Origin: Octopus sinensis
Taxonomy: Eukaryota
DNA length: 64,000 bases
Reading direction: 5' to 3'
Assembly (NCBI RefSeq): GCF_006345805.1
Contig: NC_042999.1
Location: 55,118,001-55,182,000, forward strand
The first letter of the stretch is position 1. Each line of letters opens with the position of its first letter. Both the position numbers and the translations under genes were made by a program. The notes beneath the pieces were generated by a model. The model saw only the letters and a list, made by a program, of their open reading frames with translations, was not told the DNA's origin and did no database searches. Shown piece by piece: positions 13,828 to 28,630 of the stretch.

Positions 13828-14338
13828 TGATTGATGTGTGCGTGTGTGTTAAAACACTAAAGCTATGATTGATAGCGGAGAAGAAACAGGATGCTGTAGC
13901 GTTCATGCCAGCCCTAAGGACACGAAATGAAGGGGAGGATATTTACAACTTTATTCGTCAAGTGAAACCGAAAACCGCATCTTTGTCTAGACAGGAGCCA
14001 CCTCCTTACCCTCCAACACTCTCTCCTCTGATATACCTTACAATGTATCGGAAGTGTTAGATAGAAAAGGGAGTCGCAGAAGAAATCTGTTGACTGATGT
14101 GAACGGATAAAGCTTTAAGAGTGTCTCCCTGCCACGGGGACTAGGGATTCGTATGAATAATAACAACAGAATTTGACATAGATTTCAAATAAAAAGGTTT
14201 TCTTAAATTTAAATGAAGACAAATGATTATCTGATGTGCATACATAAAGAAGGTTCGAGAGAGACATGGAAAGAAAGAAACAGATTGAGACATAGAGACA
14301 GACTGGCGCACACGAAGAGTAACAATAAGTGTGTGTGT

Positions 14339-14397
<59 letters not shown>

Positions 14398-14982
14398 CCA
14401 GTGTTGTCATGAGCTGGTTTACAAGTATTTTTCTTTCGACACATTTTTAGCTTTCCGCAGATGTTTCTGTCGATGTTTCACAAATTTGTGAACACGAGAG
14501 TACGAGTTCACGTGACCACAAAACTGAATGATGAACGCATATCTGAAACAGCCGAAAGCTTATAATAAATGTAGGGTAAAAAGCATGCTTCCCAACCACA
14601 TGGTTTCGAGTTCAGTCCCACTGTGTGACACCTTGGGCAAGTGTCTTCTACTAAAGCCTTGGGCCGACCAAAGCCTTGTGAGTGGATTTGGTAGACAGAA
14701 ACTGAAAGAAACCTGTGGTGTATATATATATATTTATATATGTGTGTGTGTGTGTATGTTTGTATGTATATATGTATGTATGTATGCAAGGGCCCGGGAA
14801 CAGGGGGTGCACCAGCACCCTTGGAATTTTCAGGTGGTGCAAGATCAAAATTTGCACCTTCTACATAATTTTACCAGTTTCAGAAAATAGTGTCTAAAAA
14901 ATTATCTGTATGAGATGCTTGAAGCTAGATTTCGTTTCAAAGCAAAAACAAAGAACCAAAATAAATAAATAAAAGTGATAAA

Positions 14983-15404
14983 AGGCGCAGGAGTGGCTGT
15001 GTGGTAAGTAGCTTGCTAACCAACCACATGGTTCCGGGTTCAGTCCCACTGCGTGGCATCTTGGGCTATAGCCCCGGGCCGACCAATGCCTTGTGAGTGG
15101 ATTTGGTAGACGGAAACTGAAAGAAGCCTGTCGTATATATGTATATATATATATGGTGTGTGTGTTGTGTGTGTGTGTTGTTGTGTTTGTGTGTCTGTGT
15201 TTGTCCCCCTAGCATTGCTTGACAACCGATGCTGGTGTGTTTACGTCCCCGTCACTTAGCGGTTCGGCAAAAGAGACCGATAGAATAAGTACTGGGCTTA
15301 CAAAGAATAAGTCCCGGGGTCGATTTGCCCGACTAAAAGGCGGTGCTCCAGCATGGCCGCAGTCAAATGACTGAAACAAGTAAAAGAGTAAAAGAGTAAA
15401 GAGT
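14983..15404 (+). mobile_element. SINE family A (dominant tRNA-derived SINE with internal microsatellite), young copy
   Basis: Head ggcgcaggagtggctgtgtggtaag...gggttcagtccc, internal (TA)/(TG) tract, 3' ...cagcatggccgcagtcaaatgactgaaacaag(taaaagag)n. More than 15 whole or partial copies in the window. Confidence 0.92.
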
Positions 15405-16229
15405 AAGCTGGGCTTAAAATTCCCCAGGGAATTTATGACTAACCAACTTCTGAAGCAAGGTAGCGTCAAGATAAAAAATATGTGACAACAACAACAGTAG
15501 CAGCAAACAACAAGAACAACAACATGACCAGCATCTACGGCTACTCTTCAATACATAGCATTACTTGGATTCTTGAAGACAGTTCTATTCTGACAAAAAT
15601 AACTCCAAAATCTTGCAATGCTGAAAATGTGTGAAGGTTCTTGTCCTCTCTCAGTCTGTCACCTCTCTCAAGTTTTTTGTAGTTGATGTTGCTAAAGACT
15701 GACGACATGGTTGAATGGATTCGACTGTTTGACCTCAGCCTAAAAATAAAAGCCCTTTAAAAATTCTTTCAGTCATATCGGTTTTCTCATTTAGGTTGTT
15801 AGGTCCAAAGTTTGACAAGGGAACAAAATGATTTATTTTTATCTTTGATATTTAATGCTCATTGTTAAATGCTTTGATACCTATTGCTCATTCGAAATAC
15901 TAGTCCAGCTTAATATAAAAAAAAGATTTTGAAAGGAAACATTTAACTATAAATGATTGCAGACCAAACCCGAAATTACCTAATTTGCAAAGAAATGTAT
16001 TCGACAATTTCGGACTAATTTATATAAAAAGGAAATGATATTAAAAGCATTACCTTCCGCCATCCTAACGCAGTTAACCACGAAGATCACTTCAGAGGTG
16101 CTATTTTTTTCTCATAAGTCTAACCCTAGCTGAGGCCAGCACACAAGCTAATATACTTTTAACAGGGGTCTTTAATTTTACTAATCGGAGCTGGTCCGTA
16201 GAGGAAGTTGTTTTTAGTAATGGTGTTGA

Positions 16230-17880
16230 ATATTTCAGGTACTGTTTCGGATTTAAAATTTTTATAAAGTATTTTTCTTTTGCCTTTCAGGGTTGATCAT
16301 TTTCATCTTTTATTTTGTAAAAAGAGAATATTTCGAATTTTCCATTTGCAAAAATGGGAACATTTCTAAGAGATGACTCTTTAAACTGTTGTTTGTGTAC
16401 GTTCACACAGTTAGTTTTGTTCCTGTTTCTCCAATGTAGTCTTCGTTGCATTGTGGACATATGATATTGTAGATGAAACTTTTTACTTTGCAATTCATGT
16501 TTGCATTCTTCACTTTCAGATCCTCCCTCATTTCACTCGTTTCTCAATGAGGCTCCCCACAGTTTGTTACCTGAATTATTTCTTTCTCCGCTGCAAATCT
16601 CGCCTTTGTTAGGAGTCTTTTGGGATTTGGTGGTTGACTTTGGCTGTTGATGACTTATGATTTTTAAAATTACTTGTCAGAGATTTGATGATTGATGTAG
16701 AATTATAAGATATCATTTGGCCGAATGTAGGATGAAGTGGGGCCTAGGATTACGGGTGACAGCAAACGGAGGCCGAGATCAGGGTTTCTTTTGCTTTGGT
16801 CATGGTTTGATTTATTAGTTTTTTGGCGGGTATTTCTGTTTTTCGAAGATCATATTTAGTTCTACCAGTCTTTTCACTCATCTGTTGGTGTCTGTAACTA
16901 TTGAGCATAAACATCTTGTAATACTGAATGGTATATTCCTTTTCGTCTGGGAAGGGTATGAAAGGGTGGCAAGATGTAAAATTTAAATATTTGTGCGTGT
17001 CGGTGTCCTTGCAGTAGAGATCGGTTGTAACTGTCTCATTTTCTTTAATTATTAGAATGTCCAGAAAAGGAGTTTCCTTTCATTAATTTCTACGGCAAAT
17101 GGAATCGCAATTTAAGAAATCTTGCAAGGTCAAGCAATCATCCAAGGATCTTTTCCAGTTCCAGTTCCCTGTTAAATAAGATTGGAAATGTTATTCAAAA
17201 GTATTTCTAGACAGGTATAAATTATTTTCTTCCAGATATCTCATTACTAGTGCCGCAAAAGTTAGTGCGATGTTCGTCACCATTGCCGAACCTGATATTT
17301 GTAGGTAATATCGTTGTCAAAGAAGTAGTTATTTTCCAGTACCAACCGTAAACTTTTAAGTATAAAATCTCTTGGGAATCCCTTCTGAATTCTTTGTGGA
17401 CATTTGTCTATCCAGAGTTCAGTCCTAATCCATAGAAGGGGAGATGGATGTGAAGAGACTGTTACGTCAGAACTAACAAGGATCGTCTCTTTATCTACTC
17501 TTTCTGGAATATGGTGTAGGAAGCCATGTCATTTCTAATGAAACTAAAACCCAGCTTGCAGAAAAGGTTTCAAAATTGTCTCAAGCAAAATTGTCTTAAT
17601 CGTTGAGTATAGCTGCAACAATTGAACGTAATTTTAGATCAGATGGCTTGGGAATCTTTTCATATGGTACATGGAGGTCGTTTTAGCTGTTATTGATTTC
17701 TTTAGATTTATGGACTTTTGGAAGTCCGTAGAAGTTACTTGTTTTTACCAGCCTTTATCGCTGTCATTTTTGAATTTGTCCATTAATTTACTGATTTTAC
17801 TCATTGCTCATTTATTTGCATTGATTTCTAATTTCTTCTTTTGTAGAACTATTGGTAATTAAATATATAGCTTTTCATTC
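16230..17880 (-). mobile_element. Decayed Penelope-like retroelement (RT plus GIY-YIG endonuclease)
   Basis: Frameshifted minus-strand remnants: ILVSSDVT/SLFTSI, LRLVLENNYF, GSAMVTNIALTFAALVMRYLE, PFLDILI, TDLYCKDTDTHKYLNF, KRNIPFS, and NCKVKSFIYNIICPQCNEDYIGETG (GIY-YIG). Boundaries approximate. Confidence 0.85.
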
Positions 17881-19187
17881 AAAAATGTTTGATAACCTCT
17901 GTATAATAATTATATAATAATTGTCAGTAAGTTTGTTGGTTGGTTGACTGGTTGACTCTCAGTCACGCTTATATCGTATATAAAATGGGGAGAGAGAGAG
18001 AGTAAAAGGGAAATACAGAGAGAATTTACATAAAATATGTAGGATGTGTGCACATTGTAAGTCTGGTGGCAGGCAATGAGTAAAAGAACGCTAAATCATA
18101 CGAGAGAGAGAATGAGAGGGAGTATGTATGTATACATATATGCGGAGAGAATGTGAGTGTGTGAGAGAGAGTGTGTATGAGAGAGAGTGTGTATGCGTGA
18201 GAGAGAATGTGTGTGTGTGTGAACTTTCATAATTAAAAACCAAGCGGAAAAGTAATTTTGTTTTCAATTAAAAAATTTATTTCAATATTTTAATTTATTT
18301 TATTTTAAGTTAATAAATATTTTTCTTTTGTAAATTAATATTCATTTCATCATCTTGTGTAAACACCAAGGATCTTAGTCAAAGTTGAATTCTAGTTATT
18401 GTATGTACGCCATATTTCCTGATATTACCCATGATAGCTAAAGTATACTTCCGAGCTCTCTATCATATAACGAGTAACACAATATTTTATTTGTATTATT
18501 TTAGCAATCGGAGTATAATACCAGGAAGTGGAAGGGTGGTGTTAGAATAAAAAAACGGAAGAGAAATGAAAGAAAGAGGGAGTAAAAATGATGTCAGAGC
18601 AAAGGAAACCTAATGCGAAGTAATTTCAGTTTTAGTTGCATGTTCATTTGAGCAGTTTTAGTCCAGCGAAGATGGTGATTTTTAGTCTTGTAACGGATAC
18701 TTCTTGAAATGTCTGCATTTGCCGAATGTTTCAGAACTGGTATTTCAATAGGGGGTTTCAGTGTGTAGGTTTTTCACGAAATACCTTTATTTCAAGTGTA
18801 CACAAATAACACCTTTTGTTTTAACTTTTGTAGCGTTCTAATCTCTTGATTTTGCATAGCAGAATTGTTTTTCGATTTTCAACAAAATGCATAATTGTTT
18901 CCAACAGCTCTTAAGTTAACACTTGAGACAGTTAGTCAAAAGGTATTGCTCATATCTGCCAGACAGAAGAGTTCGTTTCTGTGCCGAAATAGTCATTAAA
19001 CATGTCTGTTTAACATCCGCTCTCATATCCATATAGACAAATATTTGACTTTTAAAATAACAGTTTGGTTATTTAGATATCCCGTGATCCCTGCCAACAT
19101 TTCTTGTTCGGTATCAACGATCAATTTATAACAAATTTTTAAACTGATCCTTCTATGTTTCATGTGATGTGGTCAGTGGTAGAATTA

Positions 19188-19544
19188 ACCGTGGTGATCT
19201 CATTCTCGCTCACAACATCATAAGCGGAAAGTGTAACCTCTCGAAAGAGCTGTTCTTCACTCCTGCTCCAGAGCGTCGGCTGCGGGGTCATTCCGAAAAG
19301 CTCTACCTGCGACGATTTCATCTCAACCGAAGGAGAGGAGCTTTCTCCGTCCGGGTTGCGGATCCGTGGAACAAGCTGCCAGACGAGATGGTGAAGATGC
19401 CGACGACCGCTTTGTTCAAAGTCTCCCTTGACCTAAAGTGGCCTGAACTCTTTACATGAACACCACCCTGTACTTAACTCCATGTCCCCCTACATGGCCT
19501 TGCTATTTGCTTTTGAGCCAAAAATTAACTAACTAACTAACTAA
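19188..19544 (+). mobile_element. 5'-truncated CR1-group LINE 3' end with (AACT)n tail
   Basis: RGDLI...RLRGHSEKL...FSVRVADPWNKLP...FKVSLD-stop is a CR1 ORF2 C-terminus, followed by a short 3' UTR and an aactaactaact tail. Frame is still open. Confidence 0.88.
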
Positions 19545-21377
19545 CGGATCGCCCTACTTATGTCATCACTTGATCCTTGAATACGAATGTTCAAGCTTAG
19601 CATCAGACACCTCTATATCACTTACCCAAAAGTGAGACTGAGCCTTCAAAAATCCCTCTCTTCACTAACTTACCAAAAAAAAAAAAGAGAAAAAATAGCA
19701 TTGCATTAAACAGAAAACAAACAAGATGGCGAAATAATGCGGGAAATTCTAAATTATCAGCATGTAGCTTAATGAAGCATCATAATTAACCTCCGTATTC
19801 GAAGCTGTCATGGGTTGGATGGTTTGGCTGGACCTGATGTGTCTAAGAATTGCGTCGTGCTTTGACATGGTTTTTTGGACAAATGTCCTTCCTAACGCCA
19901 AGTTTCCCTTCATAACACCAAGATGCCATTCCTAACCAACAAATTTTGTTCCCTTTTTACAAAATAGGACTGTCTAATTATTTTCATAGCAGCAACTTCA
20001 AATGGATATGGATTCAATTAAAAAAAACAAAAAACGGTATTTTGGACAGCAAGAACTGTTCCTTAGAAATTCAGCAAAAAACTTCTGCAGCAAATAAAAA
20101 TAGAATTTACTGGAAAGCCTTGATAGCAACAATAGCAAAAAGGTCCGACAAAATGTAACGAGGTTCCTTTTCTACAGTGTTTGATCCTGCTACAAATAAC
20201 AATCCCTGCCCCTGTATGCATGCATGCATGTATGTGTGTATGTATGTATGTATGTATGTATTTTGTCTCTTCTATTTTTTAATTATTATAAATCTTCCAC
20301 TGAGGAGGGAGCCGGTTTCCAACAAAGATGTAGTTAACACAGACAAATTCACATTTGGAACTTGAGAAATGTCTTGCATATTTTGACTGTTCCACTCACA
20401 AATTGCACTTGTATTGTACGAATCAGCCGGTCGATTTCTCTTTCTCAAAATCCCAGTTTACCCAGATTCTCCTTTAAGCATTTACTAACAAAACCTAGTG
20501 CTACTTACGTCTTCTTAAATAATTTACTGTTTTCATCGAAGGTGACGTTGTTAGTTTCAGCCATAAGCGTGTTAGTGAGAGTCCACGCGGTGTAGATGCA
20601 TATTTAAAAATCTGCTCAGAACAATGCTACGTTGGTGAGTTAAAAGGTGACAACCGGTGTTTGTGTGTTTGCATCCTGTAACTTAGTTATTTCACAAAAG
20701 AGATCCTCAGAATAAATAACAGTGTTGCAAAAACATAAGTACTGGCGGGGGTGGGGGTGGGGTAGATTCATTCGACTAAAACTTCTTCTTGGCAGTGCCC
20801 CAGCATGGCCACAGTCAAATCACTGAAACAAATAAAAGATAAAGAAAAAGAACACAACTGTTGATTCATTTATTCATTAGAGATTTCTTTTATTCATTAA
20901 ATATTTGTCGATCATATAAGTTTAATAAGTATAATAATAGTAATAATAATAATAACAACAACAACAATATCAATAATAATAAATTTTCTTTGTTATTGTG
21001 GAAAGTAGGATTTCATATATCATACTTCACAGGTGCATATCTCTAATAATTTTGCTCTGCCAGATAGCTTTACCAACAGAACTACTTTTCAAAGCAATCA
21101 AAATGTCTGGTTTTATCCTTTCTTCACCTTTTTTCTTCTTTTTATACTTTTTTTTTTGCATTATATATATTTCAATAAATCAACCCACATGCCTATATAT
21201 GTCTGTGTGACTGTGTGTATACACACACACACACATGCATATATATATGTGTGTGTGTGTGTGTATTTGTATGTATCTATTTATAGGTATCCATACAGAC
21301 ATGTGTGTGTATATATATATACACACACACACATATATATATATATATACACACACACATATATATCTGTGTATATA

Positions 21378-21413
<36 letters not shown>

Positions 21414-21500
21414 TATAGATTCAGATGAATATGGTACTTAAGTTAAAGGCACCAGAATTTGGTATGGTATTATCCATATAAATCAAATGGGGTGATTATA

Positions 21501-21535
<35 letters not shown>

Positions 21536-22808
21536 CATATATATATGTAATTATAATAAAGGGTAAAAATCATTAATGATTTTACCAATGGGTCAGCATG
21601 GAAATAAAAACCTTATTGGAGAATTTTACAAATATTTTAATAATTATATACATAATTACAACAACGGATTGACGTCTTTTGGTGTCTATTTTCCCAGTGT
21701 CTGGAGAAGCTTATAGCCAATCTCTTGTTATAATTATGCATATAATTATTTAGAAAAATATATATATATATTAATGTTTGTTTTTATGCTCAATTACAGA
21801 AAAAAAAACAATCTCACATTAATCTGATGGGGAGTTACTCTATACTTTTGTAGAGTATATATATATATATACATGCACAAACATATATGTATGTCTTAAT
21901 ATACACCTCTCCTATGTACATTTTTTTGTGGTGGGGGAGCTATATGCAATTGTGAAAAAGGTTTAAACTAATGACAACAATAACAACAACAATAATGATG
22001 ATGATAATAATAATAGTCATTATAATAATATTTACTTGGAACTACAAGCATACTGCATAAGATATAGTCTGTCTGAGGTTCTTGTTGTTACTTGGTGGTA
22101 AACACAATTTCTTCAATCTACATCATAATATTGAATACTGAGCAACATCTTCAGTAATAATAATAATAATAGTGCCACTAATGAATGTGATAAATTTTAT
22201 TTGAGCATTTAGTAGCCTTTTTACAATAGAATTATGGTCTCGTGGTGCATATGAATGCATTGTAGCGAGATTAGGTCTTTTAATATTGGAATATTATTCA
22301 GGTGCACAATTGCATTATCCACATTATTCCAGTGGGCCATTGTATGACAATTATGAGAATGAAAATGGCTAAGGACTAAATAAAAAAGCTTAATTATAAA
22401 AGAAATGGCATGAAGTAGGGCAAAAGATGCTTCAAAAGTGAAACATGGACATTATTATCTTGTCCTTTGTTTAGCTATTCAATCATAATTTTCAGCCGTT
22501 AGCACAAGGCCACACATTTTTTATAATAATAATAATTATAATAACAGCTTCGATAACATGGTATTAATAATAATAATAATAATAATAATAATGATGATGA
22601 TGATGATTTATAATTCAAGTTGAGGCTCTTGCAACAACATGGAAAACAACATTTATATATATATTTTGACTGACTTGGTTTATAGTCATAATTAACAAAA
22701 TTCACAAATTTCTAAAGTATATTTAATTCAATGATTTGCCATACACACACTCACACACATACATATATGTGTACATGTAAATATATATGTGCATATATCT
22801 GTGTGTGT

Positions 22809-22842
<34 letters not shown>

Positions 22843-22878
22843 GTGTGTGTGTATATATATATATATATAGTATAATAG

Positions 22879-22912
<34 letters not shown>

Positions 22913-23100
22913 GTATAATAGTATATATATATATATTATATATATATATGTATACTAATATATACTATTTCCCTCTATTTACCCATCTTACTTCATCTCA
23001 GATGAAAGGATATTCCAGGAACAGCTGTTAGACTAACTTTCTCTCTATAAATGTCCTGAAAATTTCACACAGCTTTGGCTTTGTTATCTCATTTTATTTA

Positions 23101-23132
<32 letters not shown>

Positions 23133-23292
23133 CAAAATAAGCAACAAGGATATCCAGAGGTAATGCAGTACAATCGTTTCATGCGACTCCATTTAATTGA
23201 AAAATGCAAAAATTACATCAATTTAAAATGTAGACCAATCTTCAGCTACATAAAAATATATATATATGTATATATATGTATGTATATATATA

Positions 23293-23333
<41 letters not shown>

Positions 23334-23388
23334 GTATGCGTGTATATATATATATACATACACATACATCTATATCTATTATATATAC

Positions 23389-23420
<32 letters not shown>

Positions 23421-25366
23421 TGGAGGACAGTGTACTTGAGGACGTAGGATCGCAGTTTCGAATTCTAGACTGGGTGTTGTGAGTGTTTATTGAGCAAAAA
23501 CACCTAAAGCTCCACGAGGCTCCAGCAGGGGGTGGTGGCGAACCCTGCTGTACTCTTTCATTACAACTTTCTTCCTGTTTCTGCTGTACCTGTATTTCAA
23601 AGGGGCCAGCCTTATCACACTCTGTGTCACGCTGAATCGCCCCGAGGACTACGTTAAGGGTACACATGTCTGTGGAGTGCTCAGCCACTTGCACATCAAT
23701 TCCAGGCTGTTTATTGATCGGATTAACTGGAAACTTTGTCGTCGTAACTGAAGGAGTGCCATGATGATATATACACACACACACACACACACAGATATAT
23801 ATGTATGTATATGTTTTAGAATAATGGAAAGATGTTAATGATATGTCAGAAAGGATTACTGACATACAGCAAAAGTCCCATCCCGTAAGTTCTATTTGTG
23901 TCTTAAATATAAAGCCTGAGATTTTTCATGGTAATTCATTTATTCGTCTCTGTGTTTCTGCCCCAAGGCTGTGGCCATGCTGGGGCACTGCCAGTTTTAT
24001 CACCTTTTCAATGGCTGTTCTCTTGTAATTGGATTTTAGTGAAGAAGGGAGGAATTATAAAGATGCAACATTGAAAGCTGTCTCTAGGTTTGCAGTCTTT
24101 AATTTTTGGACACCTAAGAGATGTGATACAGTTTTAAATTGGAATCAAATGCTATACATTGTTGTAGCTAAGTCTTAATATAACTTACATGGGATGGCTC
24201 TTTTTAAGCATTAGCATTTGTATACAAAAACAGACAACATAAAAGACAGACATAGAGATTTTGAAAGATTTTGAAGAAAAAAACATAAAAAATGAGGTTT
24301 GACCAAAAATTTTGTCCAGTAAAAAGAACAAAAGAAATGGGAAAAAAATTCCTTTGAATTTTATTTTGATTTTGATTGCAAGTTTATTCTTAGATCAGTC
24401 CCAAACGCTAGCAGTCACATGGCTAAAGCTGAACTTGATTTCATATAAATGACAAAGGCTACAACACTTCTCCAAGAATGGAATTCTAGTCTCTTAGAAA
24501 GCTCACCTTCTCAGTTATTACTGAAGCACAATTTGCAGCTGAGTGGACAGGAGCAATGTGTAATGAAGAGTGTTGCTCAAGAACACAACACACCAATTGG
24601 TCTGCGAACTGAAACCATGACCTCACGATCATGAGTACAACACCCTAAGCATACACCTGCCCTTGAATCCAGGGTGAAAAATCGTGACAATTATATGCAT
24701 AAAAAGAGATGAAAGAATATTTTGGAAAGAGAGCCATTAGCATTTGGTGGATTGATTTAGAAGGTTCTTCAATCTGTAGTAAATATAGGTGCAGGCGTGG
24801 CTGTGTGGTAAAAAGAATGCTTCCCAACCACATGGTTCCGGGTTCAGTTCCCATTGTGTGGTACCTTGTGAGTGAATTTGGTAGACAGAAATTGAAAGAA
24901 GCCTGTTGGATATATATATATATACATGTATATACTAAAAACATTAAAATATATGTGTGTGGTGTGTGTATTTCAAAATTAAATTTGACAAAAAAAAACA
25001 TCCCTCCCCTTCAAAAGGGAAAACAGCAACAAATAAGAACTTTGTAGGAATAGAAGCCATATATATATATGAATATACGTATGTTTGTGTGTGTATGTAT
25101 ATATATGATGATGATGATATATATATCTATATATAATTATATAAGAACATAAGCATGTGTGTTATTATTATTGTTTTCAGAATTGTTTAAAGCATCAGCA
25201 AAAGATATTTTGCAGGATTGTTCTGGTTCTCTACATTCTCAGTTCCAATCTTACCAAAGTTAACTCTGCTTTTCATCTTGTTTTGAAGTCAATAAAATAA
25301 ATGCTAACCAATATTACTCCAAATTTTCAGGCCCTGGACATAGACTACAAACAATTATTATTATTA

Positions 25367-25412
<46 letters not shown>

Positions 25413-27941
25413 GGCAGTAAGCTGGCAGAGTAGTTAGCATGCTGGACAAAATACCCAAGTGTCATTTCTTTTGGTTTCAAATGCCACTAATGTCCACTGT
25501 ACCTTTCACGCTTTTGGAGTACTTGTACCTATGTAACTGAATTCCACCCCCATCAAAATTGCTGGCCTTTTGCCTAGAGTAGAAAGAATTGTTGTTGTTA
25601 TTGTTATTATTATTATTATTATTATCATTATTACATTTTCAGTTCAAACTCCATCAAGGTTGGCTTTGCCTGTCAACTTTTGGGGGAGCACTGGAGTTGA
25701 TGCAACTTACCCGCTCCCCTCAAACTACTGGCCATGAGCCAAAATTTGAACCCATTATTATTATCATTATTAACTCTAATTCTACTGAGGTTGACTTTGC
25801 TGTTTATCTTTTTGGGGTTGATGAAATAAGTACCAGTTGTGTACTGGGGGTCGATGTAATTGACTACCCCCCTCCCCCAAAATTCCAAGCCTTGTGCTTA
25901 TAGTAGAAAGGAATATTATTATCACGATGTCTATTTTCAAATATGAGATGACTTTGGCTATAAAGCTGATGAAAATAGCTCAAGGAATGTTGTTGGTTTG
26001 GGATCTGTTTTGCAATTAAGAGAAAGTTCTTTAACACCAGGAATTGCTCTGAACCACAACTTCAGTTTTGCAATTCTTCTCCCAATTGGCATTAGACAGA
26101 ATTACTCTTGCAGCCATGGAAAGGAAAATTTGAAGTTTCTAAACATGAGACTTTTTGAAAATATCAAAAGGATAATTAGTGTAACATAGCTTTGACTTTG
26201 GCACAATTTGAGTTCTACCTGTGTTTATTGGACCCAACAATGTTACTGTAATTTGAACTTGTGACAGCTCAACGAGTCCTCTTTGTAGATCGTATTAGAG
26301 ATGAGATAGTAGCTTTCTCTCTTGAAGGATGAACAACACCCATCTTTAAGCAAAAAGCTCAGAATTAACCCGTATATCTGTCTGATTGCGTTTTCACAAC
26401 ACAAAACCTGCTGTTACTTGTTTTGACATGACCTTGTTGGGAAACATCTGAAATGTTCAGTAGGTAGTCGACACCCGTAGCTAAAAGTTGCATACTGTCC
26501 TTCTCTTCCAGATTGTGAAAGCTTGCCATAACGTTTAATCTAAATGCAGTGAAATTTTAAGACTTCACTTTTTTATTGGTATATAACAGTTAAAATGCTG
26601 TAAGCCTCCTTGCTTCCTCTTCTCCTGTCATCTGTCTATATGATGTTTATATTTGAGATAACCATTGGAATATAATCAAATGGTATGGAGTGGATCTAAG
26701 CATGAGTTTTGCTTCATGGTTTAAAGAGGTGCAGTACTGGGCTATTAAAGCAGTGGTCCTCGATCTTTTTAATATCCAGGTGAGATTCAAAAACTGGATT
26801 TTCTTAGGCACTGCACCATAAAAAGTAAAACACAAACCAGCTAAAGAAAAATTTATTATATTTATAGATGGAAAACCATCCATGACCACCCAAAAGAAGC
26901 TTGAGGGCCTCATGGGACCCTAGGTGCTGCAAGTGAGAACTTCTGCCTTAAGGTGTCACAATGTCTTTATATTGCAAACAATTCATTATGACTTCTAGTA
27001 ATGATAATAATAACAAAAATAAACACAGCATTCATTGCTAAAAATGTCCTATGAGCTTAACTAGAACAACGACTACATAAAAATAAGACAGAATACTTAT
27101 GAAGGGAAAGGGTTAATCTTTTGATGCACATCTGGTTGTGTGATTAAGAAATTAGTCTCCCCAAAATGGGGCTTCATTTCCTCAGTGTGTTACATAAGGC
27201 TTGTACTTTCTATGATAAACCCTGTCTGGACCAAAGCTTTGTGAAGGAAACTTGGTACAAAGAAACTATGGAAGCTTGTCTTAGGAACAGTTCTTGCTTT
27301 GGATGGTAGAGTTAATCCAGAGCTTGAGTCAACAGTAGCCTCCTTCTCTGCACCCCACCAGCCCCTGGGTGGTTTTAGTAGAGTTCAAACTGTTGGAAAT
27401 ATTTGAGCCAGGTCTCCTGTTATCTGGGGATAACCTCTTACCATTCTTCTAGATAGATTTAAGCAGTCCTGTGAAATGCCATGTTTACTTGTAACTTCTC
27501 TTCAGCCAGCCCCCACCAGATTATTACGACAAAGAATTATATAAGCACACATTTATGAGTGTGTGTATGTGTATATATATATATACATTTATATATATAT
27601 ACATTTATTATATATATATACACACACATCATGATCATCATCATCATTTAATGTCCAGTGTCCATGCTGGGATGGGTTGAACAGTTTGACCAGGCTGGCA
27701 TGCTGCACCAGACTCCAGTCTGATTTGGAATGGTTTCCTACAGGTGGATGCCATTCCTAATGTCAACCACTCCAAGAGTGTAATGGGTGCTTTTACGTGC
27801 CATTTGTGTGACACCGGTATCTGCCATGACTGCAATTTTTTTCAGTTTGATGGGTCTTTTTCTTAAGCATGACATAATGCCAAAGGTCTTGGTCATTGCC
27901 TCCGTGAGGCTGAACACTTGAAACAAGCTCAGCCACTTATA

Positions 27942-28000
<59 letters not shown>

Positions 28001-28107
28001 AACACTTGCCCAAGGTGCCATGCAGTGGTACTGATCCCACAACCATGTTGTTGGAAAGCAAGTTTCTTACCATACAGCCATGCCTGCACCTATTATATAT
28101 ATATATT

Positions 28108-28141
<34 letters not shown>

Positions 28142-28630
28142 TACATATATATATTGTATATCTGTGTGTGTGTGTGTTGGTGTCACCTTTTCTTGTGATA
28201 GTTCGTAGATGAGCATCACTGCCATACAAGGGGCAAGTGGTCCTTTTCTTTCAGATGTTCCATGAAAACAAATCATGGAAAAATATTACTTTAGTTGGGA
28301 AAAGGTGAGGATTGGTGGTAGGAAGGACATTTGATCATAGAAAATCTACCTCAATGTTCTCTGTCCAACCCATCCACAAAAAAAGTGGATGATGAATGAG
28401 AAGAGAGAGAAGAAAGTTGGCTGAAGAAGAAAGATTGAAAGATGGGCTGTATTTCAGGAATATGAACGGAAAAGGTAGATGAGAGAATAACGAATACACA
28501 CACACACACACACAAATATATATGCATATATACAATTCAGAGTTGGTAAAATTGTGTATGAATAAATATATTAGTCACTCAAACTCCAAGATAATACAGT
28601 TTTCACCTTTTATTATTGTATTTTTACAAT

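Noticed and set aside
25940-26560. Unique-looking, coding-like composition
   Set aside because: No frame-consistent ORF with credible splice sites or a recognisable domain in the frames examined.
26750-26945. Possible hAT MITE (CAGTGGTCCTC...GAGAACTTCTG)
   Set aside because: TIRs and the 8-bp TSD are too degenerate to support a call.
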